Assembly: GCF_001194135.2 (NCBI RefSeq)
Contig: NC_068992.1
Span: 37,397,881 to 37,442,789, forward strand
Direction: 5' to 3'
Source: Octopus bimaculoides
Taxonomy: Eukaryota
Length of the DNA: 44,909 nucleotides
Part shown: positions 23,607 to 34,600 of the stretch, piece after piece
Numbering within the stretch: position 1 is the first letter of the stretch
Layout of the letters: the number at the start of each line of letters is the position of its first letter
Made by a program: the position numbers and the translations under genes
The notes under the pieces: model-generated
Databases searched by the model: none
What the model was told of the DNA's origin: nothing
Seen by the model: only the letters and a program-made list of their open reading frames with translations

Positions 23607-25364
23607 CATGCAAATGTCACTAAAAAGGAATTTTCTTTTGATTAGATACTGAAAAAGAATAAAAAGATTTATTGATATATATTTTTAGATATTGATTGAA
23701 CCTAAATTTGATATATATCTCTGCTAGTTTTTAGTATTAGACTATCACTTTGGAGCTATTTTTAGCACTCTCTATGGCTTTGATGTCAAAAAATTATTAG
23801 ATTGCCATGTGCATCCAGTCATTTGAACATAAACAAAAGTATAGCATCTCTGTGTAGCTTTCCTGTAAGATAAATTTCCAACTTCAAGGTAATTTTAAAA
23901 CTATTAGTTATTGGTGATTGATAACAACCATTAATATTGATTATTTGCATCTTTTTTCTAATTCATGAATCAGGCTTCTTTAAGAATAGAACTATTCATT
24001 ACCATCCAATTGTAAGTGTATTTACTTACAGTTTTAATTCTTTGCACCTGCTATTTAGGAATTTTTAAATTTACCATCTATTCTTTTCACCATACATAAA
24101 TGTATAGTATGCTAGCTGTTGCTCAATAATATTTCACTATATATACTTTTTATGTATCATTTAAATTTGTTGTTGAATATCATGTAAATTTTTATTTGAA
24201 GTTAACTGAATTGAATCATTTTCTTTCACTGTTGTGTTGCTGGACCTTTTTGAAATTGATTGCAGAGTTCTTTTGTCATTGCCTTATTGAGCTGCTTTTT
24301 TGTTGTTCCAAATAATTCTAATTTTGATTATTACGATTTTTCATTCTTAATTCAGGTGCCAAAGCCAAAAACAAGTCANNNNNNNNNNNNNNNNNNNNNN
24401 NNNNNNNNNNNNNNNNNNNNNNNNNNNNNNNNNNNNNNNNNNNNNNNNNNNNNNNNNNNNNNNNNNNNNNNNNNNNNNNNNNNNNNNNNNNNNNNNNNNN
24501 NNNNNNNNNNNNNNNNNNNNNNNNNNNNNNNNNNNNNNNNNNNNNNNNNNNNNNNNNNNNNNNNNNNNNNNNNNNNNNNNNNNNNNNNNNNNNNNNNNNN
24601 NNNNNNNNNNNNNNNNNNNNNNNNNNNNNNNNNNNNNNNNNNNNNNNNNNNNNNNNNNNNNNNNNNNNNNNNNNNNNNNNNNNNNNNNNNNNNNNNNNNN
24701 NNNNNNNNNNNNNNNNNNNNNNNNNNNNNNNNNNNNNNNNNNNNNNNNNNNNNNNNNNNNNNNNNNNNNNNNNNNNNNNNNNNNNNNNNNNNNNNNNNNN
24801 NNNNNNNNNNNNNNNNNNNNNNNNNNNNNNNNNNNNNNNNNNNNNNNNNNNNNNNNNNNNNNNNNNNNNNNNNNNNNNNNNNNNNNNNNNNNNNNNNNNN
24901 NNNNNNNNNNNNNNNNNNNNNNNNNNNNNNNNNNNNNCGGTGAAATTGCTTTGGAATGGGGGTGGGGGACAATTTTCGGAAATTCCAACAGAGTCCACTT
25001 AAATTCCTCTTAACTTCCAGGAAAATGAATATTTTTTCGTGAAATTTTATACAAATATACCTTGATGTATGTACATTTCGAGCATGTAGAAATTTTGAAG
25101 GAAACAACTGCAGGTTATTTTTGAGAAGTGTTCCCCACTCGGTGGTGTTTCGGAGCAAGTCATCCATAATTGTTTCATTTTTCTCTAGTATGTGCGTATG
25201 TGCATCCGTAGATTTCTAATGAAGTAATATACGCTGCTTCTGTTCTCTTCTACTTCTCTACTAGAAACATTTACTTGGGAATTTACTTCTATTGAGAAAA
25301 AATATTGTGTGCATGTTATTTTTTAACGTAAGTTTTCTTATGACGGCTTCTCTTTTCTGCTTGT

Positions 25365-25880
25365 TACAGTAAAAAACAAACACCATCAAGAGCAATTCAA
25401 AACAATCAGATATCCCATTCAGCTAGTTGTGACCATGTGGGGTAACTGGTTGGATGCCTGCACTTACTATGCCAAGAACCTTGCAGAAGTTACAAAAATT
25501 GTAGAGAGTTTTTGGTGCAGAGGGTGAAAGAAGTTGTATGAAATCCTAAGATCAGGACTAACATCAAATTATCTGCAATTGAAACAGTTGATTTTGAAAG
25601 CTGAATCAACTGCCTTCACCATATATGATGCTTACAAAAGCCTCAAAGAACTGAAATTCAACAAAGACCCATGTTGCATCATGAATTACATTGATTTCAG
25701 ATTTAATAAAAACCAAATCAATTTGATAATCCAACTAATGAACCCCAAAGTTTTACCCATGGAATATGCAGATCTGATACAATGACAAGCAACATCAGCT
25801 GCTGCAGAATGCAGTTTTTTGATGCTGGAAAAAATCCTTCCAAAAAACAGGAATTATATCATATTGTACTACAATAAATT
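25365..25880 (+). pseudogene. hAT-like (DUF659/CGGBP1-type) transposase remnant
   Basis: YPIQLVVTMWGNWLDACTYYAKNLAEVTKIVESF resembles P.PV.TRWGTWL.A..YY..NF. ATSAAAECSFLMLEKILPKNRN resembles the hAT dimerisation motif TS..VERSFS. No TIRs were identified. Confidence 0.55.
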
Positions 25881-26189
25881 CCCACAATAGTAATTTTTTA
25901 AAAATTGTTTTGATAGTATTTATATATCATAAAGTAATCAAAACTAGAGTGAACTCCCTAATGTTTATAGATTTATTTAATGATAATAATGTTAAACTGA
26001 GGTTAAAATCAACCAATTTTTAAGGTTAAAAAAATTGCCTTAGCTATTAATAAAATACAGTATTGATAATATTGTTTATTATAATAACCAAATTACCAAG
26101 AGGTTTCACCAAAATTTGAAAACCACACACACGCATTTCTGTACTTCTACCCCACCCCACCCTCAAGCATATATCGTGTATACAATGGT

Positions 26190-26410
26190 GGCCTTTTCTG
26201 CTGCCTAAGCAATTTCTTCTATGGATATCTTTCCAGGTTTCTTACAACAGCATTAATACACACCAAACTGAATGTTACACTTTCATGCCTCCAGTGGCAA
26301 ACAGCCCACAGTTACTATTCCTTTCAGCTATATCAGATGACTGTCAAATCTGGTTTTCACTACCAGGTATGAAACCAATTGGTATATTTGGCTATTCTGA
26401 GACAATAATA
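26190..26410 (-). repeat. Unclassified interspersed repeat, copy 2
   Basis: Homologous to 21115-21335 in opposite orientation. Confidence 0.7.
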
Positions 26411-26449
26411 TTGTATTTTATTATTATTAAAAACAATAACAACAATAAT

Positions 26450-26990
26450 AATCATTATGAAAAAGAGTGGAGGTGTAATTGATGGTAAATGTCAGTAGGG
26501 AGTGGGAAGATGAGGGAGATAAAAATGGTTCAGGAAAGTGACAGATAGTGACACAGGAGGTGTAGAAAGCAAAAGTATCACATTTGTGGATAGACCAGAA
26601 AGGAGAGAGATGATATGCAGGAGGTGAAAGTGGAGCGAGGAGGATGGATGATGAACTGTGACAGAGATGGGGATGGAAAGTACATGAGAGTGGCTATAGT
26701 TAGTGGGGCTAGAAAAGTGGAGCAGCATTGATAGTAGATAGGACCCAATGTTGAGGATGATAGATAATAAGAGAGGTGTTAAAGATGAGATGTGGTAGAC
26801 CTAAGATGTAGCTCAGTGAGAGAGATAGATAACTGGAGGCACAGAAAGAGGGCGATTGGTGGAAAGTAGTATGGGCAGGGTTGATAATAAAAATGAGGGA
26901 TGAAGTTTAAAATGAAAACGTTACTGGGGAAAAAGGAGGTGACTGGTTATGCAAAAGTGGTTGTGAATAGAGAAGTTTCAGATGTGGAAA
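26450..26990 (-). repeat. Purine-rich (plus strand) degenerate tract, probably a Penelope-like 3' region
   Basis: Same strand-asymmetric composition as the CT-rich tract after the Penelope remnant (2760-3190) and as 35890-36570 and 41240-41580. Assignment is by analogy only. Confidence 0.35.
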
Positions 26991-26991
26991 C

Positions 26992-28512
26992 AAGGTTAAG
27001 AACCAAAGGGCTTTAGAGTTAACCTAGCAAAAACCAAAGTCATAGTAAGTAGGAAAGCAGAAAAATCACAAATCCTTTCAGGTAGATGGCCATGCTCACT
27101 CTGTAGGAAAAGCATAGACAGAAATTCCATAAGATGTACCCGGTGCAACCTATGGACATATAAGAGATGCAGCAATATCAGAGAAAGATTAACTGGGAAA
27201 ATAGGCTTTATGTGTAGAAGGTGTTCAGGTACAATAAACTCTAAAAATGTACAAAAAATAGACTCCATCAAATGCCAGTGGAGTAAGCAAGATGTAGCTG
27301 ATAGCTTCCATTATCTTGGTGACCAAGTTAGTAGTGGAGGTGGATGCTCCAAGAGTGTAGCTGCAAGAATAAGAATAATCTGGGCAAAGTTCTGAGATCT
27401 CCTACCTCTGTTGACAACAAAGGAACTCTCCTTCAGAGTGACAGGTAAACTGTATGATGCCTGTGTGCAAACAATGGTGCTACATGGCAGTGAAACATGG
27501 GCTGTGACCCCTGAGCGTGTGTAGGCTTGAAAGAAATTAAACTAGCATGCTTCACTGGATATGCAATATCAGTGTGCATGTACAACAGAGTGTAAACCTC
27601 TTGAGAGAAAAGTTGGACATAAGATGTATTAGATGTGGTATGCAAGAGAGACAACTGCACTAGTATGGTCATGTGATGTGTACGGATGAGGACAGCTGTG
27701 TAATGAAGTGCCAATCTCTAATTGTGGAGAGAACCTGTGGAAAAGGTAGACCCAGAAAAACATGGGACAAAGTGGTGAGGCATGATCTTCAAACGTTGGG
27801 CCTTACAGAGGCAATGACTAGTGATCAAGACCTTCAGTGATATGCCATGCTTGAGAAGATCCATCAAGCTAAGTGAAATCACAGTCGTGGCCGATGCCAG
27901 TGTCATGTAACTGGAACCTGTGCCAGTGGCATCTAAAAAGCACCTGTCAAGTGTTGGGCCTCATGGAGGCAATGTGGCCAATGCTGGTGTTGCATAACTG
28001 GCATCTATGCTGGTGGCATGTAAAAATCACTTTTCTAGCATTGGGCCTCATGGAGGAAACTGGTACCTGTGCCGATGGCACATAAAAAGCACCTGTCAAG
28101 TGTTGGGCCTCATGAAGGCAATGTAACCAACGCCAGTGTCACATAACTAGCTCTAACTAGCACCTGTTCTAGTGGCACATAAAAGCACTTTTTGAGCGTT
28201 GGGCCATATGGGGGCAATGACAGATGATCAAGACATTTGGCAATATGCTATGCTTGAGAAGATGACCCATCAAGCCAAGTGAAATCGCAGTCATGGCAGA
28301 TACTGGTGTCATGCAACTGACACCTGTACCAGTGGCACATATAAGGACCCATTACACTCTTGGAGTATTTGGCATTAGGAGGGGTATCCAGTCATAGAAA
28401 CCATGCCAAATCAAACTGGAGTCTGGTGCAGATCCTCAGCTTACCAACCCTAGTCAAACCATCCAACCCATGTCAGCATGGACAACAGATGTTAAATGAT
28501 GATGATGATGAT
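26992..28512 (+). mobile_element. RTE LINE 3' part with expanded modular 3'UTR and (GAT)n tail
   Basis: KGLRVNLAKTK..DSFHYLGDQVSSGGG..GRPRKTWDKVVRHDL, then a repetitive UTR and GTTAAAT(GAT)n. Confidence 0.92.
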
Positions 28513-29284
28513 GTGTTGATTCTTCTCTTAAATGGTTACAGCAGCTGAGTAGCATCATAGTTAAAAGTGATGGAATGATGGGTGTTAAGATGAGATGTGG
28601 AGGCATGCTTGTGTGCATGTATGAATGCATGTGTGCATGTGTGTATATATTTATTTATAATCTTATATGCATAAAAACAAGAAACACTCACTGAATAAAA
28701 GTCTCAATGCATCTGTAAAATCTAATATTTATGAGTGGCTTTGATGTTTCACTAGTGGTGGCTTGATCAAGGTGAATTTGAACAAACTATCATTATTGAA
28801 ATTTCAAAATTACTAACAATAATAGTTAGAGAGAGAGAGGGAGAGAGGGGAGAGAGGNNNNNNNNNNNNNNNNNNNNNNNNNNNNNNNNNNNNNNNNNNN
28901 NNNNNNNNNNNNNNNNNNNNNNNNNNNNNNNNNNNNNNNNNNNNNNNNNNNNNNNNNNNNNNNNAGGGAGGGAGGGAGAGAGAGTGTGTGTGTGTGCGTG
29001 TGCGTGCGTGTGTGTGTGTGTACATTAATTTAATTTAATCAATTGTCTTGGGACTCTTAATTCACACTGTTGTTGCTTAGGTCCTGATCATGCCTTACAC
29101 AGCATACCCATGATGAAAATTATTTTAGCCATGAACATCTCATCCCTGTCCACTTATAATGCCTCTAGGACTACATTATCCAGTATATCCATCAATCTTT
29201 AAAATGGTAGATTGTGATTCTAGTGAGATTGGGCTGCTATTGCTACCAAATTCAGTAACCACATAGAGGTCACTTATTGATTTC

Positions 29285-29678
29285 CAGATCACTTTACTCT
29301 CTTACTCATTTATTTGTTTCAGTCATTTGACTGTGGCCATGCTGGAGCACCACCTTTAGTCGAAAAAATTGACCCCCAGAACTTATTCTTTGTAAGCCTG
29401 GTACTTATTCTATCAGACTCTCTTGCCAAACCGCTATGTTACGAGGATGTAAACACACCAGCATCAGTTGTCAAATGATGTGGGGGGACAAACACAGACA
29501 CACACACACACACATATATATATATACAATGGGCTTCTTTCAGTTTCCATCTGCCAAATCCACTCACAAGGCTTTCATCAGCCTGAGGCTATAGTAGAAG
29601 ACACTAACTCAAGGCGCCACACAGTGGTACTGAACCCAGAACCATGTGGTTGGGAAGCAAGCTTCTTACCACACAGCC
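29285..29678 (-). mobile_element. tRNA-derived SINE with internal (GT/AT) microsatellite
   Basis: Minus-strand head GGCTGTGTGGTAAGAAGCTTGCTTCCCAACCACATGGTTCTGGGTTCAGTACC carries A/B boxes. The body aligns with 38750-39148. Confidence 0.88.
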
Positions 29679-29685
29679 TGTGAGA

Positions 29686-29804
29686 TGCTTACAGCACCTA
29701 GGTTTCCCAAGCGGTCACCCAACTAAGTACTCACTAGGCCCAACAATGCTTAACTTTGGTGATCGGACAAGAACCAGTGCTTTCAATGTGATATGGCCAT
29801 TTAT
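29686..29804 (-). pseudogene. 5S rRNA pseudogene, full length (about 119 nt)
   Basis: Minus strand reads GGCCATATCACATTGAAAGCACTGGTTCTTGTCCGATCACCAAAGTTAAGCATTGTTGGGCCTAGTGAGTACTTAGTTGGGTGACCGCTTGGGAAACCTAGGTGCTGTAAGC and is colinear with metazoan 5S rRNA. Most differences are CpG to TpG/CpA, and there is no oligo-T terminator. Confidence 0.92.
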
Positions 29805-30057
29805 GTTGTGTAATTATTTCTCTATAATAAGTCTTTGGGAAAATATCCACTCCCACATTAACACTTTTATACTACCTTACAGTAAGTCTGTAATTGTTTT
29901 GAATTCTGTGCATGCATACATATGAATGCCATGAGTGTCTTATTTTCATTAAAGTAGCCATTTTGAGAGAAGAAAGAATAGACAAGTGGCAATGTTTAGG
30001 GAAAGATAAAAGGTATAGTTTATAAGACAGATGTGTAGAAATAAAAAGTAATCTTAC

Positions 30058-30238
30058 CAAATAAAGTAGGAGTTACTTTCTTCTTTTCAGTCATAATTCC
30101 CTCCAAAGGTTTAATAGTTTTTAATGAGACTGGAGAAGGTTCTAAACTTAACTGAGCAGCTGAAGGTATCAAACCTCTCTCAATTAAATTAAGGATTCCC
30201 TTTTGGGCATCTTTCTCAGAGATTGAAAGTGGTATATT
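30058..30238 (-). CDS. IQCH: Internal coding exon of an IQ domain-containing protein H-like gene (181 bp, phase 0 to phase 1)
   Basis: Acceptor TATCTTTCAG and donor G|GTAAGA. Open translation NIPLSISEKDAQKGILNLIERGLIPSAAQLSLEPSPVSLKTIKPLEGIMTEKKKVTPTLF matches the IQCH motif as I recall it ([34 protein letters not shown]). Identity is from memory and needs BLAST confirmation. Confidence 0.8.
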
Positions 30239-30629
30239 CTGAAAGATAGATATACATATTTTAAGAGATTAAAGTTTTCTCATTATATTTTATGAAACAC
30301 ATTTCAGATGAATTATTATGCATTATTTTACACAATTTTTCACATTTTTTACTGGAATTCAAAGCACTAGTTATTGACAATTAAGTCTCTATTTGTCACA
30401 ACTTTTTACTGGGACTGAACTAAGAAAACTTTATTTCGAGAATTCTACACTCACAAAGACAAGAGATACAAGATGGACATGCATATATACATTGCACATA
30501 ACAGACTAAATCCTTTGGAACAGTATGTTTCAAAATTGTTTAATTTTGTGAGGAATGAACTCTAATTCAGTAGCATTAACTAGCACATGCATATATACAC
30601 ATATACATTGCATGTATAAAGCCAGTTGT

Positions 30630-30983
30630 GGTGAATTTCTTACAGAGTACATCTGGAATAAAAAGGCCTACAAGGTCACATATGCCATCACTGTTCAATG
30701 CATGGGTGATATCTTTCATAAATTTCATTCTGATTTTTTACACTAACCCTAAAACCCATAAACTAAATATGACAGATATGACATTTTCAAGCCTCCAGGT
30801 TCAAAGAGCACATACCATTTCATTTATTTGAGTCATTTCTGATAATTGCTGGATTTGAATTTCCATCTCTGGAATGAAGTGAGTAGGTAACTTGGCCATG
30901 ATGTGATTATAGTGTAATAAATTATCAATAAATATAATATACCCAATTTATCACTCTTAAATTTTCAAAATTACTGACAATAA

Positions 30984-30985
<2 letters not shown>
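30630..30985 (-). repeat. Unclassified interspersed repeat, copy 3 (longest)
   Basis: Reverse complement aligns to 21115-21335. The portion 30940-30983 also matches 28780-28825 (AAATTT(T)CAAAATTACT.ACAATAAT). Confidence 0.7.

Positions 30986-31062
<77 letters not shown>
30985..31062. repeat. Compound microsatellite (GT)n + (AG)n
   Basis: Directly visible. Confidence 0.98.
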
Positions 31063-31068
<6 letters not shown>

Positions 31069-31072
31069 CACA

Positions 31073-31480
31073 CAGGCATGGCTTTGTGGTTTCATGTTCA
31101 ATTCACTTTGGAGATCAAGGGGTGACCAAAGCCTTGTGAATGAATCTAGAAGACAGAAGCTGAAAGAAGCCTGTCATGTGTGTGTATGTGTGCATGCAAG
31201 TATGTGTGTGTGTGTGTATGTGTGTGATAAGGTTGAATGTTACTGTCTCCTTGCCTTGACATAATGTGATAGTTGTAAGCAAGTGCAGCAAATGTCACAG
31301 TCATGCAACCGGTGTCCTTTACTTTCAATTTTCCATATCTGATCATGGGAGAATATTATCTCACTTGGAAACAAGTGAGAGTTAGTGACAGGAAGGGCAT
31401 CTGGCCATAGAAAATCTGCTTAAACAAATTTCATTCAACCCATGTAATCATGGAAAAGTGAACATTAAACCAATGATGAT
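31073..31480 (+). mobile_element. Degenerate tRNA-SINE with internal microsatellite and RTE-type 3' tail
   Basis: CCAAAGCCTTGTGAATGAAT..GAAAGAAGCC + (GT)n body, ending GGAAGGGCATCTGGCCATAGAAA..CATGGAAAAGTGAACATTAAA..GATGAT like the RTE tail. Confidence 0.75.
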
Positions 31481-31665
31481 TATATACATGCACTGACAAG
31501 CCTATGATGAGGCTCAGGCAGAGCTGTGTGGTTAAGAAGTTTGCCTCTCAATCACATGATTTCAGTTCCACTATATGTGCTTGTGTGTGTGTGTGTATAC
31601 ATGTATATACACACACACACACACACAAACACACACATACATGTATGTATGTAAGTGTCTATGTA

Positions 31666-34600
31666 TCATCATCATCATCATCATCATCGTTTAACATCCA
31701 CTTTCCATGTTAGCATGGGTTGGACAGTTTGACTGAGGACTGGTGAACCAGATGGCTACACCAGGCTCCAATCTGATTTGGCAAAGTTTCTAAGGCTGGA
31801 TGCCCTTCCTAACGCCAACCACTCCGAGAGTGTAGTGGGTGCGTTTAAGTGCCACCGGCACGAAGGTTAGTCAGGAGGTACTGGCAACGGCCATGCTCAA
31901 AATAGTGTATTTTACGTGCCACCTGCACAGGTGCCAGTCCAGTGGCACTGGCAACGATCTTGCTCAAATGACTTTTCGCGTGCCAGGAAGGCGACGCTGG
32001 TAACAATCACGCTCAAACGGTGGTGCCATCACGATTTCGCTTTTGCTTGACCCAACAGGTCTCCACAAGCGGAGTTTAGTGTCCAATGAAAGAGACGTTG
32101 GCATGGGGGCCAGTTCTCGAATTTAGTTCAATTTCGATTTCACTTGCCTCAACAGGTCTTCACAAGCATAGTTTACTTTCCAATGAAGGAAAAGTATGCA
32201 TAAGTGGACTGGCTACATCCCTGGCAGAGGCCTTGGATTTTGGTCTCATTTGGCTTGCCAGGTCTTCTCACACATAGCATATTTCCAAAGGTCTCGGTCA
32301 CAAGTCATTGCTTCGGTGAGGCCTAATGTTCAAAGGTCGTGCTTCACCACCTCATCCCAGGACTTCCTGGGCCTGCCTCTTCCACAGGCTCCCTCAACCA
32401 CGAGAGTGTGGCACTTTTTCACACAGCTATCCTCATCCATTCTTACCATGTGACCATACCAGCACAATCGTCTCTCTTGCACACTACAACTGATGCTTCT
32501 TAGGTTCAACTTTTCTCTCAAGGTACTTACACTCTGTCAAGTATGCACACAGACATTACACATCCATTGGAGCATACTAGCTTCATTCCTTTCGAGCTTA
32601 CGCTTGTCCTCAGCAGTCACGGTCCATGTTTCACTGCCATGTAGTATGGCTGTTCGTACACATGCATCATACAGTCTGCCTTTTACTCTGAGTGAGAGGC
32701 CCCTTGTCACCAGCAGAGGTAAGAGCTCTCTGAACTTTGCCCAGGCTATTCTTATTCTAGCAGCTACACTTTCAGTACACCCTCCCCCACTACTAACTTG
32801 GTCACCTAGATAGCGAAGCTATCAACTACATCTACTTTTTCCCTGGAATGTGGCAGAAGTTGTTTTCTTCACACTTACAGTGTTTATTGCTCCTGAACAT
32901 CTGCCACATACAAAAATTAACTTCCTAGTTAACCTGCCTTTGATATTGCTGCACCTCTTATGTGTCAATAACTTGCACTAAGTACATCTTATAGAGTTTC
33001 AACCTACGCCTTTTCTACACATCGAGCAGGGCCATTTACCTAAAGGGGTTTGTGTTTTTTCTACCTTCCTACTTATTAAGACTTTGGTTTTAGCTAGGTT
33101 GACTCTAAGGCCCTTCGATTCTAGTCCTTGCTTCTACACCTGAAACTTCTCTAATTCTGATAGTGATTCAGCAATTAGTGCAAGGTCATCAGCATAGAGG
33201 AGCTCCCAGGGACATCCTGTCTTGAATTCCTTTGTTATCACCTGGAGGACTATGAAAAATAGAAGGGGGCTGAGGACAGAACCTTGGTGGACCCCGATCT
33301 CTACCCGGCATTCTTCACTGTACTCATTGCCAACCCTCACCTTACTGACAGCTCTCACTAACCATTCTTCTATCCCTACTTTCCTCATTGACCACCAGAT
33401 AAGGAATCGGGGGAGCCTGTCAAAGGCTTTCTCCATGTCAACGAAAGCCAGGTACAGAGGTTTATCTTTGGCTAGGTATTTCTCCTGCAGCTGTCTAACC
33501 AGAAATATAGCATCTGTGGTGCTTTTCCCTGGCACAAACCCAAACTGCATCTCATCTAAAGTGACTCACTCCCTAATTAGTTGGGCTATGACCCTCTCTG
33601 TGACTTTCATTACCTGATCTAACAACTTGATACCTCTGTAATTATTTGTATCTAAAGCGTCACCTTTACCTTTGTAGCAGTTGACTATGGTGCTGCTACA
33701 CCAGTCATTGGGTATAACTCCTTTGTGTATCACCTGGTTAACTATATGCGTGACTAGGCTATAGCCAACACTGCCAGATATTTGAGCATCTCTGCAGTGA
33801 CTCCTGATGGGCTGGGGGCTTTCCCTGTTTTCATACTCTTAATTGCTTTATCTACCCTGGTACTGTCAACTCGGATAGCTGGTCCCTCTGTTGGGTCGAC
33901 ATTCGGCAGACTCTCTTTCTCCCATTCATTCTTTTTATTGAGCAATCTTTCGTAGTGGCGTCTCCAAACCTTTTTCTTTGCAGTCTTGTTTAGTGCAAGT
34001 GTACCATCATCCATGCAAACACATTTCTCTCCCATGACATCACGATTCTCTCTCACACACTGTCTTGCAACATGAAATACCTCAAGTCTTTGGTCCTCAC
34101 AGCGCAGAACATTGGCAAATTTTTTTTTATCTGCTTCCCCTCTGGCTAAATAAACCTGTCGCCTAGCTTCCCTTCTGGCAGTCTGATACAATTCCCTGCT
34201 ACCACCGTTCTTCCAGACCTTCCAAGCCTGTTTCTTTTGTCTAATAGCCCTGTCAACAACATTGTTCCACCACCACGTTATTTTGGGTCGAGAGGGGACT
34301 TTGCACCATCCACAGATCTGGTCAGTGGCCCTCAGCAGGTTGTCCGGTAGAAACCTCCAGTTGTCTTCTACATCGTGTGAAGCTATATCTCCCTCTATTT
34401 CGTCAAAGGCTTCAAGTAATAAGTCTCTAAATCTCTGTCCATTTGCAGGATCTTTGAGCTTCCAGACCCTTCTCTTCTATGCTGGTCATCTTCTGGGCAA
34501 CCACTTAGCCATGATCCTGAAGTCACTAACTACTAGTCTATGTTGTGGGGTACATTCTTTGCCTGGGAAAGTTTTGGTATTTATAAGCAGCCATCTTTCC

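Noticed and set aside
27840-28200. Repeat-spacer-like periodicity resembling a CRISPR array
   Set aside because: The units are degenerate, irregularly spaced and inside an RTE 3'UTR in a eukaryotic genome with no cas genes.
30640-30750. Plus-strand acceptor TTTCTTACAG followed by an open frame (EYIWNKKAYKVTY...)
   Set aside because: It lies within copy 3 of the unclassified repeat, has no good donor and is antisense to the supported host gene.
30743-30760. TAACCCTAAAACCC as telomeric repeat
   Set aside because: Fewer than two perfect units; chance occurrence.
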